Positions 39,588 to 54,099 of a stretch of 64,000 bases of DNA are shown here, piece after piece (the stretch's first letter is position 1; each line of letters starts with the position of its first letter). The stretch comes from Octopus sinensis (taxonomy: Eukaryota). The notes under the pieces were generated by a model that ran no database searches, had not been told where the DNA came from, and saw nothing but the letters and a program-made list of their open reading frames with translations. Made by a program: the position numbers and the translations under genes. The DNA is taken from the NCBI RefSeq assembly GCF_006345805.1, contig NC_042997.1, positions 54,622,001-54,686,000 on the forward strand. Direction: 5' to 3'.

Positions 39588-42136
39588 TGCAGGTGCAACA
39601 GTGGGGTTAGTAAGTTTAATTTATAACCATCTGATTTCAATTTCAGTACCATTGCACAGTATTTTGGGCAAGTAACTTCTTATTGTCCTGGATTGACCAG
39701 TGCATTCTGAGTAGATTTAGTTGATGAAACTGTATTAAGTCTGTCACATCTCTCTCTCTCTCTCTCATATATATATAGTGTATGTGCATCCATTTGTGTC
39801 TATGTATGTGTGTATATATATGTGTGTTTGCTTGTGTGTATGTGAGTGGAATGGTGCTTATGTTGACATTATTGATATGATGACCAGTCACTCTACTGTG
39901 AAGTATAAAAATCCCTTACCTCAAAAACAGGTGAGGGTTGGTAACAGGAAGGGCATCCAAAAAGTAAAATTTTACCTCAAAATCAATTCCCAGCAAAGCC
40001 ATTGCACAAGAATTGTTAATTTGGAAAAACCAAAATGTAGGAAAATAGACAATGTTCAATTTTCCATGTTTTCATGAGTCAGACAGAATTTGTTGAGGCA
40101 GATTTTCTACATCTGGATGTCCTTCCTGTTGCCAAACCTCACTGGTTTCCAAGTAAGGTAATATTTTCCCATAGTTAAGCAAATTTTTCTTTGGAGACTA
40201 GAAATGAACAATTTTGCTTGTGTGACATTGATGCTCATTTACCACCATCACATGATGTCCAAACAAGGACACACACACACACACACACACACCTATAGTT
40301 GATGGGTTTCTTTTAGCTTCCATCTATCAAACCCACTCTTAAGACTTTAGTAGAAAACACTTACTCAAGGTGTTGTGCAGTGGGACCGAACCTAGAACCA
40401 CTTGATTGGGAAGCAATCTTCTTAATGAATCTTGGAAAATGGAGTAGAATAAACTCTTTGACATGTTTTGTGTATTTTGTATCTCATTTGTAAATCAACA
40501 CACACACATACACACACATATATATCTATGTACGAGAGTGGGTCAGAAAGTAATGTAATTTTTATTTGCATTACTTTCTGATTAAACCTTGTTTATAATA
40601 ACTTTATGTACGTATGTATGTAATATAGCAAGGTGGATACTTGAAGATATCTACCTATATCTCTTGTTAGTGTTTTGTGGTGTTTATGGCAAGAATGGTT
40701 AATCTCTAAATCTCTGTTTACTGAGGTAGCAGCCCTCTGGAAATATTACTGGAGATAAACTGTGTCCTGTCTTTCAATAGGGTTGTCACTTCTGTATTTA
40801 AAGATAGTCCAGAGTTAAGCTGAGGCTCTATAAGTTGTGGTTTGGAGTAATATATATATATATATATATACTGCAGCATTGTGACTTGTTCAGTTAGATA
40901 TATAGGAGACCATTCTCTTCAGAGATGATAGCGCCTATCTAACCAATGATGTTTATATATATATATATATAAGCAGGAGAGAGAGAGAGAGATGTGCGCG
41001 CACATGCACACACACACATTTGTGTGCATGGTGATGTAAAATCACATGGGGTTGCAATCGTGCAATCCACAGAATGTTTTCAAATTCACTGTAAGTCTCT
41101 CTAAGTAGGACACCTTATTCTCTGTGACTCAGTTAATCTGTATGTCTGGAATTAATGATAAAATTTCTGGGCAAAAGTTTGTAAGATTTGTGTAAAATAC
41201 CACTATGGACTTTTCACAGGATATTTGGTAACCCTTCCTTACAACTGTTTCCTATTAATTCTCCTCTTTGGTCACATGTGTCTTAATTTATTGAGCACTC
41301 TCTATACTTGCATTTGCTCTCCTATCTCCTCCTCTCTTACACCTGTTTCTGTCATCATTGTTCTCTCTCCAAATTTACATTTATTGTGTATAGCATCCTC
41401 CCCCTCCATTACCAGTTATACTGCAAGTGGTTGGCTAAATGAGCAGAGAAAGCGTTGAGTTATGAGGTCCCTTTAGTCTTGTCTTACCAAGGATTATTGA
41501 ACTACTTAGTGTTGGTGACATGAGAAATTCCACCAAGTACATTCTGCAATGTAGTTGACATGAGGAAAGGCATCCAGCCATAGAAACAAAGCCAAATGAT
41601 ATGTATAAGGAAGTTTTCTTTAAGAGTAGTAGCTCTCACTGAAGGAAGCTTTTGCATTGTGACCCATCCAACCTAAATGAAAATATGTGGATATGATGAT
41701 CAAATGGTTGAAATACTGGACTGACATATAATGGCTTTTATGCTTTGTCAAAAAGCCTCTAATGTTAGATTAGTCTTGTACAAGAATGTTAAAATAAATC
41801 CTTTGGTTTTTATCTCAGCTTGGGTCACTACCATGTCATAGACTCTGTTCATTGAGAGATTAGTTTCTATTGTATCTCACCTTATTGTGACTCACCTTCC
41901 ATATAAACTGGTTCTTCTGCAGCACTTTTAGATTCTTTTCCCACCTAGGTTTATTTTCTATGGATACTGACAGATACTCAGATGAACATTAACTGCATCA
42001 TTCTCACCAGTCTATGAAGACCTGCAAAGGTCTTGATCACTGTCTCTCCTTTTCTTCATACTACAGTAACAGAGCAGGGACGAGTGATCTTTCAGTAAAC
42101 AGTTGCATCATGAAGCATTTAATTTAACTCTCTTAA

Positions 42137-42275
42137 AGGCAGCAAGGTGGCAGAGTTGCTAGAGTATCAGATAAAATACCTTGCAATAATGCTTCTGACT
42201 CCTTGCGCTCTAAGTTCAAATCCTGCTGTAGTCAACTTTGCTATTCACCCTTTTGGAGTTGGTTCAGTCCCAGTC
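42137..42275 (+). mobile_element. Degenerate family-A SINE
   Basis: ggcagcaaggtggcagag...aagttcaaatcc...tcaactttgctattcacccttt. Confidence 0.65.
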
Positions 42276-43195
42276 CAGTATTGGAGTTGAGTCTTCTTTT
42301 CCTCTTTTCTTTCTGGAAGGAATCTACTGTGTTTAAACAAGGAGAGGGATAGACTTTCCCAGGTTTAGAATGCCTAAGACATACTGTATATAATAATGGA
42401 TCTGTATGACTCCATCAAGAGTTGAGGAACCAAGGAAGATATGTGTACGCCCAGAAAATATCTTTTGGCAAAAAATCCTATGTAAATATTGATATAATTT
42501 GTTCAATAAAGCCCGAAACATATGTACTGCAAAATCCTTTGCGTCCTGTTTTTCTTTTGATACATATATATATATCTGATATGGTAGCACTATTTTTTTA
42601 TGCTATATTTTTGTGGAATAAACCTATAGACTAAAACCATGTATAAATGAATTAAAGTGCTAGACAGTTGTAAATGACTTCTATTTTAATTTTATTCAAT
42701 CTCACCAGGATAGGAAATGAGGGTCTCACCAGGGTAGGAAAAGAGGGATCAACTGCATTAGTTTCAATCTTCATGAAGACATATGTAATATTCTGAGTTC
42801 AAATCCCACCTGCCTAGAGAAGGCAATGGGAATCCACTCCAGTATTCATTCCAGATCTAGTCATAGTAGCCGAAGTTCCAGCAATCTACTTGCTGGTGGC
42901 AGGGCAGGGTACAGACCTTCCAGGTTATATAGAGAGTGTTGGGGAAGGTTCACATGTACAGGACCAGCTCAAAGGCAGACAACTACTAGATTAGGAAATA
43001 TTGGCTGAAATCCATAGATTTATATTGTAGTAATTATAGTGCGCATGCACACGCATGCATACATGTACACACATAGACTCAGACATTCATATTAAGGAAG
43101 ACTGTGCTGGAATGGCTTCCTGGTGCCTTCTCCAGACCTGCTGGAGGAGTTGAACTCGGCATTTGTGAATTATACTATGCTACCACTACTCAGGC

Positions 43196-43350
43196 AGAAG
43201 TGTATGGCTTAGTGGTTAGGGTGCTGCTGTCATAATTGTGAGATTGTGCTTTTGATTCCTGGACAAGGTGATGTATTTTGTTCTTGAGCAAAACACATTA
43301 ATTCACATTATTCCATTTCATTCAGCTTGCAAAAATGAGTAATCCTATGA
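43196..43350 (+). mobile_element. Degenerate tRNA-headed SINE (third family)
   Basis: A-box TGGCTTAGTGG, decayed B-box TTTGATTCC, then gttcttgagcaaaacac...cagcttgcaaaaatgagt. Confidence 0.55.
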
Positions 43351-45096
43351 CAAAATGGTATCTTGTCTTGGTAGGAGAAAATATAGGCCAGACAATCTAG
43401 GAAACCAACCCTTATGAGCTTATGGTTTGGGAAGGACCTTTAATTCGTTTTTACCACCACTTAGAGTGGGAACTGTTCAAGTCTTGTAGAACTGCAGTAC
43501 CTGTTTACAAGTTAAATGGATCTGCACATTCAAGAGATAAAAGTTGCTGTCTTTGATAGAATGCAGTGCTGATGAATGAACACAATCAGTTAACTTCTTG
43601 ACCAGTTGCTTGTTAAAGAATCCTTGTTATCTACATATGAATTATTATCACCATTGTTTTTAATGTCCACTTGTCTGTGCTTTATTGGGTCTGTCAGATG
43701 GAATTCAATGAAACAGTTTCTAAGGCCAGATACCCTTTCTGTCAACAAGCCCCATCTGTTTTCAAGCAAAGGAATATTTTCCTGTCTTGACACATACACT
43801 GCTTATATAACAGTGACTCATAACTATTTCATGATGTCAAGATAAGGAGACACACACATACACACACAGTGGTCTTTCTTTCAGTTTCCATCTACCAAAA
43901 CTATATTGCTGGAAAGCAAACTTCTTAACTACCCAGACATATATGTGCTTATGTATATTAATGTATGTATGTGTAGTTATATAAAATGTATTTGGTTACT
44001 ATTTCTAGCAGATCAAATAATCCATGTAGAGGTTTACTTGTGGGCATGTAGGACATTATCACTTGTGCTAGGTAAAGTAGCCACAGGATAAGGTAAGATC
44101 TGGAATCTGAGGAAATTGGTGCTGCTCTGTATCAGCAATGATGGTTTCATGTTTCTTCTAGAAAATGAGAGAACTGAAATAGGTATTTACAGTCCTTAAT
44201 TTAAGGCTTTATAGTTCACAGAGTGCATTTTACAGATGTTTTTTAAGAAATTCTTTTAGAATTTTAGATTCAGTTTTGTTGGTATGTTTTCATCTCTAGT
44301 TAAATTCTGTTACTCATATAGCATCATATTCAAGGATCATTTACTAGCCTTGTGATTGTGAATATATACTTTCCGAATGCAATGTATAGGAAACAGCTGG
44401 TGTTGTAATTTACTATTAGTGCTTTTAGATCAACTGAAAATTTGCTTTTTCTGTTGGTTGTTGATTACTCATTGTTGTTTGAGTGATATCAAGATAGATG
44501 AAACACAGATAAAATAAAATTGGTTTTAATGTTAATTTAGCTGAACAGTATTTGCTTGTTAATAAACAAGTTGTATGTGAATATGGAAGGTGATACAGTT
44601 TGGATCCTTTTTGAGGGAAAGAAAAATCACTTAGCTTTTTGTTTATGGATGCTGGACTAATAATTTATATTTCTTTTTCACTGAATTTACCTGTTTTGTA
44701 ATTCTGTAATTTTGAAGTAGTTAAATGATAACAGTTAATTGATTTTTCTGAAATATATATATACAGATACCAAGTTGGTATCTGATACTTTATAAATTAA
44801 ATATAGTCAGCTTGGAAATATTGCATTGAAACACGCCATGCTCAAAATACATGTAGAAGATTTGTTTACAGTCCTCTTTTTCTAAAGTTAACTATCAAAA
44901 GCTGAGTATTAAGATATTTTGCAAGAGTAGGCTTATCTCGTGATGTATTTTTTGGAATAAGTAAGAAAAATAATAGATGAGAGTTTGTATGTTCTTTTTC
45001 TTTTTTAAATACCAGCAGGCAATGGTCTATGAAACTGTGTGCTTAGATTAAATGAAGTAAACATTGAGTTCTTGTTACATTAGAACCATAGAAATT

Positions 45097-45336
45097 CATC
45101 ATCATCATCATCATCGTTTAGCGTCCGCTTTCCATGCTGGCATGGGTTGGACTGTTCAACTGGGATCTGGGAAGCCAGAAGGTTGCACCAAGCCCAGTCT
45201 GATCTGGCAACGTTTCTACGGCTGGATGCCCTTCCTAACGCCAACCACTCCATGAGTGTAGTGGGTGCTTTTTACGTGCCAGACGAGGCTGGCAAACGGC
45301 CATGATTGGATGGTGCTTTTTACGTACCACCGGCAC
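45097..45336 (-). mobile_element. RTE 3' tail fragment
   Basis: (CAT)n plus gtttagcgtccgctttccatgctggcatggg... Confidence 0.85.
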
Positions 45337-47279
45337 TTATTTTGTAAAATTAAAATGGAATACATACTTGTGGCCATAGGTTACCTGGTATAGCAATTAT
45401 GAAAATTATGAAGATACGCATAGAAGAGGAATTGATTAGTTCATTATGTGAAGCATTTAGGTTTATTGTCAAGGAAACTTTGTGGCAGAGAATGAGAGAG
45501 TAAACACTTGTCACCTCACAGGAAGAGATTTGTTTTTTCATTTTACAATGCAAGCTGTAGCTTCAGGTTATAATTATTAAAGGAAATTTGAAATTACATT
45601 TGATAATTCATAAACTATTATATAAATAATAGTAATTCAGAATCAAGAAAGGGGGTCAGCAGATGAAAAAAATCAGGATTACCAGAGATAGGTTCCTGAG
45701 TTTAAAAGATATCAAGAAGGTTTATAAAACTTTCTGACAGGATGCAAACCAATCACTTTCTTATTGAAAAATTTCACTAGAATGGTAACTGTATATCTAG
45801 ACCCAACATTGTTTCTGTGAGAGGATCCTTAATCTATAGGAGTCGTAGTTATTAAGAAAAATTAATTGATAACGGTAAGTAATTTCTTGAGCTATGGAGA
45901 AAAGTGCCTCAATTTTTACAAATCACACATAATTTGATCTATCTTGAGTTTGAATATTCTTCATTTGTACATGGAATAAAATAATCAATATTCCATTTAA
46001 AAAAAAAAAAAATTATTTTATGTATTGAAATTTTCAAGTTGGAAAAGGTCAAATAATTCAATTAATTTGGATATTTGCCATAACTGTTGCATTGAATGTT
46101 TTTAAAACAGTTAAGCTTCCTAACCATAACTCACCACTCAACTTCAAAGGAAGAGTAATACCACATCAGCTATACTATAGAGCAACCAATATGCATTTAC
46201 ATAAGAACACAGTATACTTCCTTAAGCTAGTTTGAACTGTTGACTCTTGGGTCAGTGATTCAGGACCTTAGCCACATTACACATTAACAGCATTTTCTTT
46301 GTAAACCTTCTTTGTTGACACTAGTTGACTCTTTTTTATAATTGAACTAAGAAATGCAATCCCCTAATGTGATACACTATCCTTTTAATTAGTTAGTGTA
46401 TATTGTTTTATAATCATGAAAAATAAACAGAAAGAATAAACATTTATTCATCTGTTTTAAAATGCATATAAATGTCATATTTTTACATTCATTCATTTAT
46501 TTTTCATCTATATTATATTTTGAAAAAGTCAATGTTGAATAATTAATCCTCTCCCACACTTACACAAAGCAATATAAAAGTCTATCCTAAGAAGTATTAT
46601 ATTGCACTGGTCACAATGTGCAGATAATTTTGAGCAGCTGGAGAGGAATGAGTTAAGCATGGTCTGTTTGATATGCAATGTTAAATTAAGGGAAATTTTA
46701 AGAGCAGATTAGTAACTTGGATGAAGCACAGTAAGAGTTAAAATGGATCAGGAGTTGATGGGGTAAATGTACCAGTAATAGACATAGCAACAAAGGCTTT
46801 TGAAAAGTGGTTAGATTAGATATAAGAATAGTGGGTCTCATAGATATGATGCAGAACCAACACATGGAATGGCTCTATATTTCCAAGTATAGAAAGCTCA
46901 TATTTGAAAGCTGGAGTTTCCTAATGAATTCAGTAATTCCATTTTGAACTATTTTATTTCACCTTCTGAGAAATATTAATTTGGCTCACTTATTATGCTA
47001 TTATATATTAAGACAATTTGATTCATATAGAATATCAGCCTTTTAATTTTTTAAAATTTCCTTATTTGATTAAACTCACAAACAAAATGAGTTTTTAGTT
47101 TCTTATATGTGTTACGTGTAAAAATTTGGAATTGTGAGTGATGTTTAGTAAATTCATTCAATGTTGCTGACTTGTTGTTAAAGCTCTAATGAAAACTTCC
47201 ATCTAAAAAAATTGGGTAATTTCTATAAGTTGTTATATAACATTTCTATATAGCTCTGAAACCTGGACAGTTCTAAGTA

Positions 47280-47800
47280 ACATATTCATAAGCTGGAAAT
47301 GAACTGCCAGAGATCTATGAGAAGAATTGTGCATATTTAGTGGCAGGTCAGATGAAGGAATGTTAGTGTCCTTGAACAAACCAGCATTTCCTGCATTGAA
47401 ACTATGATATCAAAACATCAGCTTTGATGAGCTATTGATAATATGAATACTGGACTACCGGCTATCTAAACAGCTGACATACTTGCAACTGAATAGAAGG
47501 AAGTATATGTGAATGCACAAAGGAGACAGGTTACAGATGGATTTAAAGAAAACTTGAAAAACTGTGATATCAGTCTGTACTAGTGGGAATCAGTGGTAAA
47601 TTATCAACACACATGAAGTTGGGTCGTCCATAATGCAAATCTACCAACATAGTACCTCTTCTTTTGTGAGACAACAAATAACTATATGTAACCAGTCTCA
47701 TGGATCCTGTATTGGCCAACATAGTCATATGCAAGTCCATAGAAGTAAAAATCTACTGGACAATCATCTTCATCCTCAAGGGATTGCCACTGTTGCTGCT
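47280..47800 (+). mobile_element. Old RTE (BovB-like) C-terminal remnant
   Basis: LSKQLTYLQLNRRK (LPKQLLY-like) and ICNQSHGSCIGQHSHMQVH (CxxC..IGLxSHxxxH-like). Confidence 0.55.
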
Positions 47801-48750
47801 AACTGAAAACTTCCCACTGAATTAATAAAATAAACTATTTATTCTGGGACATTCCAGAGGTTGTACATTTGTTCTATTTCTTCAGTGGAATTCATTAATG
47901 AGAGAAAGAAATTCAAATAAAAAAAAAAAATAAATAAAGCTACTTTTTGATATCCAATATACACAGACTAATTAATGAAACCTAAAACTCTTTCAAAGAT
48001 TATTTGTCTTTGAAATGTTGAAAAAGCAAATTGTTTCATGATTCCCCCCACCTTTTTTTTTCTTATTTCTTTATTTTTATTTCCTCACTTTACTGGTGCA
48101 CTTTGGAAAAACTTCTGCTGATAAGATTTCCCACAGTAAAGTTTAAGCTTATCTATTAAAAACTATTGGTTATAGCAGAGAACATATGGTATGGAGCTGT
48201 CTCCTTGCTAGTAAGCAGAAGTGAATTGTATCTTTGCTTCATAAATAGAGCAATTGTGGGCTAATTAGTTTGTTCAGTTATTGGAGATATTTTTTTAATG
48301 CCATCATCAGTATTGAAAAAGACAGGTTTTAATCATGATGTTAAATGGTGTTGTAGTTGGTTATTACTCAGATTGTATCTAAGAAAACATTTTTCTCTTG
48401 GGTGGTCACTAAATATATATTTTTTTTCATAATTTGATGCAGAGGATGTTGCTGGTAGATCTTTGTGGAAATGTTATCTGTGGGGTATGGATGAGACAAA
48501 TTATTCAATATTTGGATTTTTAGTCTGATATGTGTATATATGTTTTTTGGGTTTAAAATACAAAAATTGAACAATAAAATATAGTATAAATCATACTCTA
48601 GCATGTCTACAAGATACTTACCAACATAATCCAAACCAAAATATGAAGGAAGTTGGCTGCTAATTATTGCAAGATGGTGGCTTGACTTTAGTAGATATTA
48701 ATATTGGTAACAATATCTGCATTTCAGTGATTCAACTTACTGATCAAATA

Positions 48751-49018
48751 TAGCATAGTGGTTAAGAGCACAGGCTACTAACGTCAAGATTCCGAGTTCA
48801 ATCCCAGTCAGTGACTTGAATAAATAATAATAACATCAGCAAAAAAATACCTTAGGGATGAGAACAGAGTACCCTATTAGTCAAATAAAGGGTTGGGTTT
48901 GAAATTCCACCAGGACACCTGATGAAGACTGGAGAGTACATCAACTGAAATGTTGTGGTAACAACAAACAAGGTGAGGACACCTATCCATCCAATGTAAT
49001 ATCCATCCAATGTAATAT
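48751..49018 (+). mobile_element. tRNA-headed SINE with a hammerhead-like 3' region
   Basis: A-box TAGCATAGTGG, B-box GAGTTCAATCCC; GACAC-CTGATGA (48919-25)...GAAA (48947-50)-TGTT-GTG; two 16-bp TATCCATCCAATGTAA repeats at the end. Confidence 0.7.
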
Positions 49019-49299
49019 TTTATTATCAACAGGCTTATTCTAAGTATGCACCTACAGGGTGGGAAATAACAGTTGATATAAAGCTTATGGTCTTGGTGGT
49101 CAGGGCAATCCAGAATCTAAGGGGTTCCTTGATTGGTTCTAATTAGCTGTGTTCACAGTTAAGGACTTTTCTTTTTTGGTATAGGGACTTGTCTTTGTTG
49201 GTATATTTTTATCTCCAGTTTTTGTTATTTTTTTTGTTTTGACAGATTTTTATGTAAACCTCCCACTGTGTTGTATCACATCCCTTTTATTGCCCACTG

Positions 49300-49545
49300 G
49301 TTTTATGAGTGGATTGGCAAAATTGTTAAAGCATAGGACAAAATGCTTTGCAATACTTGTTCTGGCTCTTTACATTCTGCATTCAAATACTGCTGGGGTG
49401 AACGTTGCCTCTCATCCTTCCAGAGGTTAATAAAATAAAGTACCAGTTAAATATGGGGGGGGGGGGGGCTGGTGAGGGTAATTTAATTGACTAATCTGCT
49501 TTCTAGGATTTCTAGCCTTGTACCTCTGTTAGAAATAATTATCTT
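49300..49545 (+). mobile_element. Family-A SINE with internal poly-G
   Basis: gttgcctctcatccttccagaggttaataaaataaagtaccag. Confidence 0.75.
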
Positions 49546-49854
49546 TATTGACTATGCTTTATCTATGATTAAATCTCATTGTAATGACAGATAGTGTATT
49601 ATATATCATTAGTTCGTAGTGTCTTTAATGTAAATAAGGGTTCTTCGGAATGTTTGGTCACACTTTCAAGTGCTGTTATAATGTTTGAAGAATGTCGGAT
49701 TCCTTTCTCATAAGTTTTTGCTGAAAGTATGAACTACTTAGTTTTACTACTCCATTTTTATCTACTGCTATTTCCATGTCTATGCGTGAACATACACATC
49801 CACCCAATATACCTATAAACATACCCTGCCACAAGTACATATATAATTAAATAA

Positions 49855-49875
49855 ATACACACACACACACACACA

Positions 49876-49910
<35 letters not shown>
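49855..49910. repeat. (CA)n microsatellite
   Basis: Direct sequence. Confidence 0.95.
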
Positions 49911-49914
<4 letters not shown>

Positions 49915-51836
49915 CACTCTCACCCACTCAAGGAAGTGTTGTCTACTTGTCAGTAATATATTTGACATGATTCAGCATTAAGTTGTTTACAAGATTAAGT
50001 CAACTTTTACTTTATCATCAAGTTCACTATCAAATTATGTACTCTTTTAACTCTTCCCTCAAGTTTCATAATCTTAGCTAGTAAGCTAATAACATTCCAT
50101 GCCTGTTTTGAATTGTTCTGCACCCTCCTATATCTCTCTCTTTCTAATTAATGTCACTTTCCAGATATCCTACTTGTTTTTCAAATTCTATTGGAGAATA
50201 TTCATTGTCCAATCATCTTCAGTATTCAAACATACTCTAAAAAAGTTTTAATTCTAATAAATAAAACAGTTTATTTTAATACCTCACTTAATAATCCTAA
50301 TCCTTCTAATCTAGAAAGTTCTCCCCCTGAATTAGTGTATAAAATGATTAAATAAAGTCTGTGTTCTTAATGATTAATTTGAAAATCTGAGTATTAGATT
50401 TATTTAATCTTTTAAATTCTTGACTCATTGAGCTTGTAAAGTACATATTATATAGGTAAAATTCTGAAATATGAACTCAAAGATCTTCAGTTCAGAACTT
50501 ACAGTTTGTATTGACCCCTTTGATGCCAACCCACCTGAAGTTGTTTTTGGTTTTATGATACAAAACTGTCTGCTTTAATTTAAAATATTCTGTGATAAAT
50601 GTAAGAACTGTTTGTTATGTTCTAAACAGCAACTTAATATAACAGTTTGTGAAAAGAGTTTTAAATTATTTTAATAAATTCTTTCAAAGTGTGCTTAGAT
50701 AAATATATTTCAAAAGTGTTATGGAGTCTGAATTGTATGTACTTAATCACCAAGTTGTTGTGAAAGGTATCTTATCTTGAAAGAGTGTTACATGGAATAG
50801 ATTGATACTTCTATCCAGATGGAGAGGTTTCTTATCTACTACTTATTAAAAAAAAAACAACAAAAATAAAAAGCAAACAAAAAACCCTTGCAAAAACAAG
50901 CAAAAAGTACTGAAGTAAGTATTACTGTAAGAGCTTAAAGCATTTGCAGCTATTTGTAGTTTTCTTTTTTCAACATTAATCTAGGTTATACTGATAATTT
51001 TCTCTGTATCATATAGCTTCTCTCTATGTATCAAATGAGTAATTATTGATAATTATGCTTCTCTTTTATTAATCTGTTAAAAAGTAACCAATTAGAAAAA
51101 ATAAAAATTAGAGAAATGTGGTTCATTTTCAGTTTATTACAGTTACTTTGAGAGTATCTACTCTTAATTCTATAATTTGTAATTCTAGTTTAAAACCTAA
51201 AATTGTTAGGTGGAAATTTTATTCTTTTTCCGGTCACAGCAAAAGGGGAAGATGATGTCAAAATCTTGAGAACCACTGTAATTTTCAGTCTATGATCTGT
51301 GGTTTCTTTCTGCCAGATGGGCATAAATGGGTCTTACACAGCTGTTAATACAGGATGCTCAGTATATTTTCGGATTGTTTTCATTACTTGTTTGTTTTGT
51401 AACCAATTGATCAATTGATTCTCCATATTTTCATGTGTATTAATTGTACCCCAATGGGCTATTGCATGGATTAGGTTGTGGTTTTTGGGGTTGCAGGTTT
51501 AGAGGAAGTATGGTTCATAGTCTAGAAAATATGGTACACATAATTTTTTTTTCTATGTAATTTATCTTGCGTTTTATAGGGGACCGCAAATCATTGAAAA
51601 ATCTTTAAGGGGACTGTAAAATTTGTTCTAAAGTTTGAGAACCACTGATCGAATGCTTTACCTATACTGAAAAATGTGCATAATTTTTGTTGTTGAAATG
51701 CTACATGACTATTTTATATTTCATTTGAAATGAATTGACATTCAAGCATGTATAACTTTTTGACTTTGATTTTCCTGGTTAATCATTGCTTGGTGTTTTT
51801 GGCTAAATTATTAATAAAAAAATATAATCTAATGTA

Positions 51837-52230
51837 GGCGCAGGAGTGGCTTTGTGGTAAGTAGCTTGCTAACCAACCACATGGTTCTGGGTTCAGTCCC
51901 ACTGTGTGGCATCTTGGACAAGTGTCTTCTGCTATAGCCCCGGGCCAATCAATGCCTTGTGAGTGGATTTGGTAGACGGAAACTGAAAGAAGCCTGTCAT
52001 ATGTATGTGTGTGTGTTTGTGTGTCTGTGTTTGTTCCCCTAGCATTGCTTGACAACCGATGCTGGTGTGTTTACGTCCCCGTCACTTAGCGGTTCGGCAA
52101 AAAGAGACTGATAGAATAAGTACTGAGCTTACAAAAAGAATAAGTCCCGGAGTCGAGTTGCTCGACTAAAAGCGGTGCTCCAGCATGGCCGCAGTCAAAT
52201 GACTGAAACAAGTAAAAGAGTAAAAGAGTA
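51837..52230 (+). mobile_element. tRNA-derived SINE, family B, young copy
   Basis: Near-identical to 25334-25715 in the opposite orientation; tail (GTAAAAGA)2. Confidence 0.9.
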
Positions 52231-54099
52231 ATGGTTGAGCTTCCATTATTATGAAATACCTGATTTCAGTTTTGCTTTCAAATTCTTCAACCTGAAAGGG
52301 ATTTTTCCTAATAACCTGCCATCAAATTTAGCAAAGAAAGAAGTATAAAAATAAGCTGTGGGTAAGCAGAGTTTACAAATATGTTTCAGTTCCTTGTATT
52401 TGAGATTTTATTACATATACAACCATAAAAAATTATATGAATCTTACAGAAGGTCATTTTCCATTTCCTACCAGTTGTATGAATGTGAGAAATAAATTTT
52501 TATTTGTGCTACTATTATTAAAAACAAAAATCTCTCCTAAAAATTACTTTATCATACATTGATGTAACACTGATTTTGTATCCCCACTCTGAGCATTGCT
52601 TTCTATGCTTTGCAACCCAAATTTTGTCTCTCATCATTGGATAAGTGCATCTAACCTCATTATTAAGTTATATGTATTTAATTTAAAATATGAAAGAATT
52701 TCTTTCACAATTTAAAGGCCCATCTTAAAATAACATGAAAAGCAAAACACAGGAAATGTCTTTATTTAGAATACTAGTAGTCAGTCATGAATACATTGAA
52801 AGAAACCCCTGCAAAAAGTATTCACCCTACTCTTCCCGTTTTTGACTAAATTTTGGATTGTTAACCCATTTATTAATACAGAAATAGTGTACTAAGAAAA
52901 TAAATTGCTAAAGTTCAGCTTAACAAATATTTTTCTTTGTAATCAGTTTCCTAATATGGTTTCGAAATACCTAACAACTTTTGTACATCTATTCCCTTTA
53001 TACTTATCTTTCTTTTTCCCCTCTTTTTAATACTCCTCTTTTCAAGAGTCTTTTGATTTTCATCAATGACAATTTCAGGCTCCTAAGCATAGGTACTGCC
53101 AGTTGGTGAAGGCAGGGGGTAGTCAATCAATAGATCTGAATCTGGAATCTTAGACTGGTGTTCCTCTCTTACTTTCTGCTGCAACGGAACTAGTAATATT
53201 GATCAGAATATCAGTCCCTCTTTCACCTCATCTCTGTCTGTCTGTCTCTCTCTCTCTGTCTCTCTCTCTCTCTCCCTCTTGCTTCTCCCTCTCTCTCACA
53301 CACACATTTAATAAATAAAAGAACAGCTAAATTCACAGTTACACATAATTCTAAAAATATTACAATTAGTCTTATTTCTCAATCGCTTTCTGTTTTATTT
53401 ACTTTTTGTGAGTTTGTTTTTCCCAAATTTGTTAGATTTATGTCAGAAAAAGAAAGCAACGAAGAAAAACAAAACTTTTAATACCTGTTCTACTTTTGTA
53501 ACAAGATGTTGCTATAAGTATTTCAGTAATACAAGACTATTTGTTTTAGCTGAATCTGCACACTTAAATACATCTGAAAAAAATCTTGCTGCACTTAATT
53601 TTGATGTTCAAGAGAAAGGATTAATATGGTTTCATAGTCTTATTTTAACAGTCAATGTAATACTGTTTAAAAACAAGCATTTTCAAGAAACACAACTGCA
53701 ATCATGTATATTTTTGCTGTGTTTAGATAAAAGATCAAAGCCAAACTAAGTAAGTCATTTTAGTAATTAAAACGGAATGATTTTTATTTAAAGGCTCAGA
53801 TAGTGTGATTTATATAAATTGTTTTTTGAAACTTATAATACCCAACACTATTTCACCGTCTGTTTTGACCTGCTTCTTCTTTGACAACCCCAGCTTTCTG
53901 AAGTCATCTTATTGAATTTTCTTCAATTTCTTTAATTCCTCTTTACTTCAGACTGAAAGCAGGCAGTTTTTAAAAAAATATTAGTATTGTTACATATAAC
54001 ATAAAAACAACTAGCTAAGAACAGAACATCATACATTACTTATACTGACATAAGGAGCTGTTTGGCAAAGTCTCACATTTTAGAGTCAAATAGACACTG

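Noticed and set aside
48751-48810. tRNA-like sequences here and at 43196, 25640-25715 and 51837-51910
   Set aside because: No complete acceptor stem or cloverleaf; they are SINE heads
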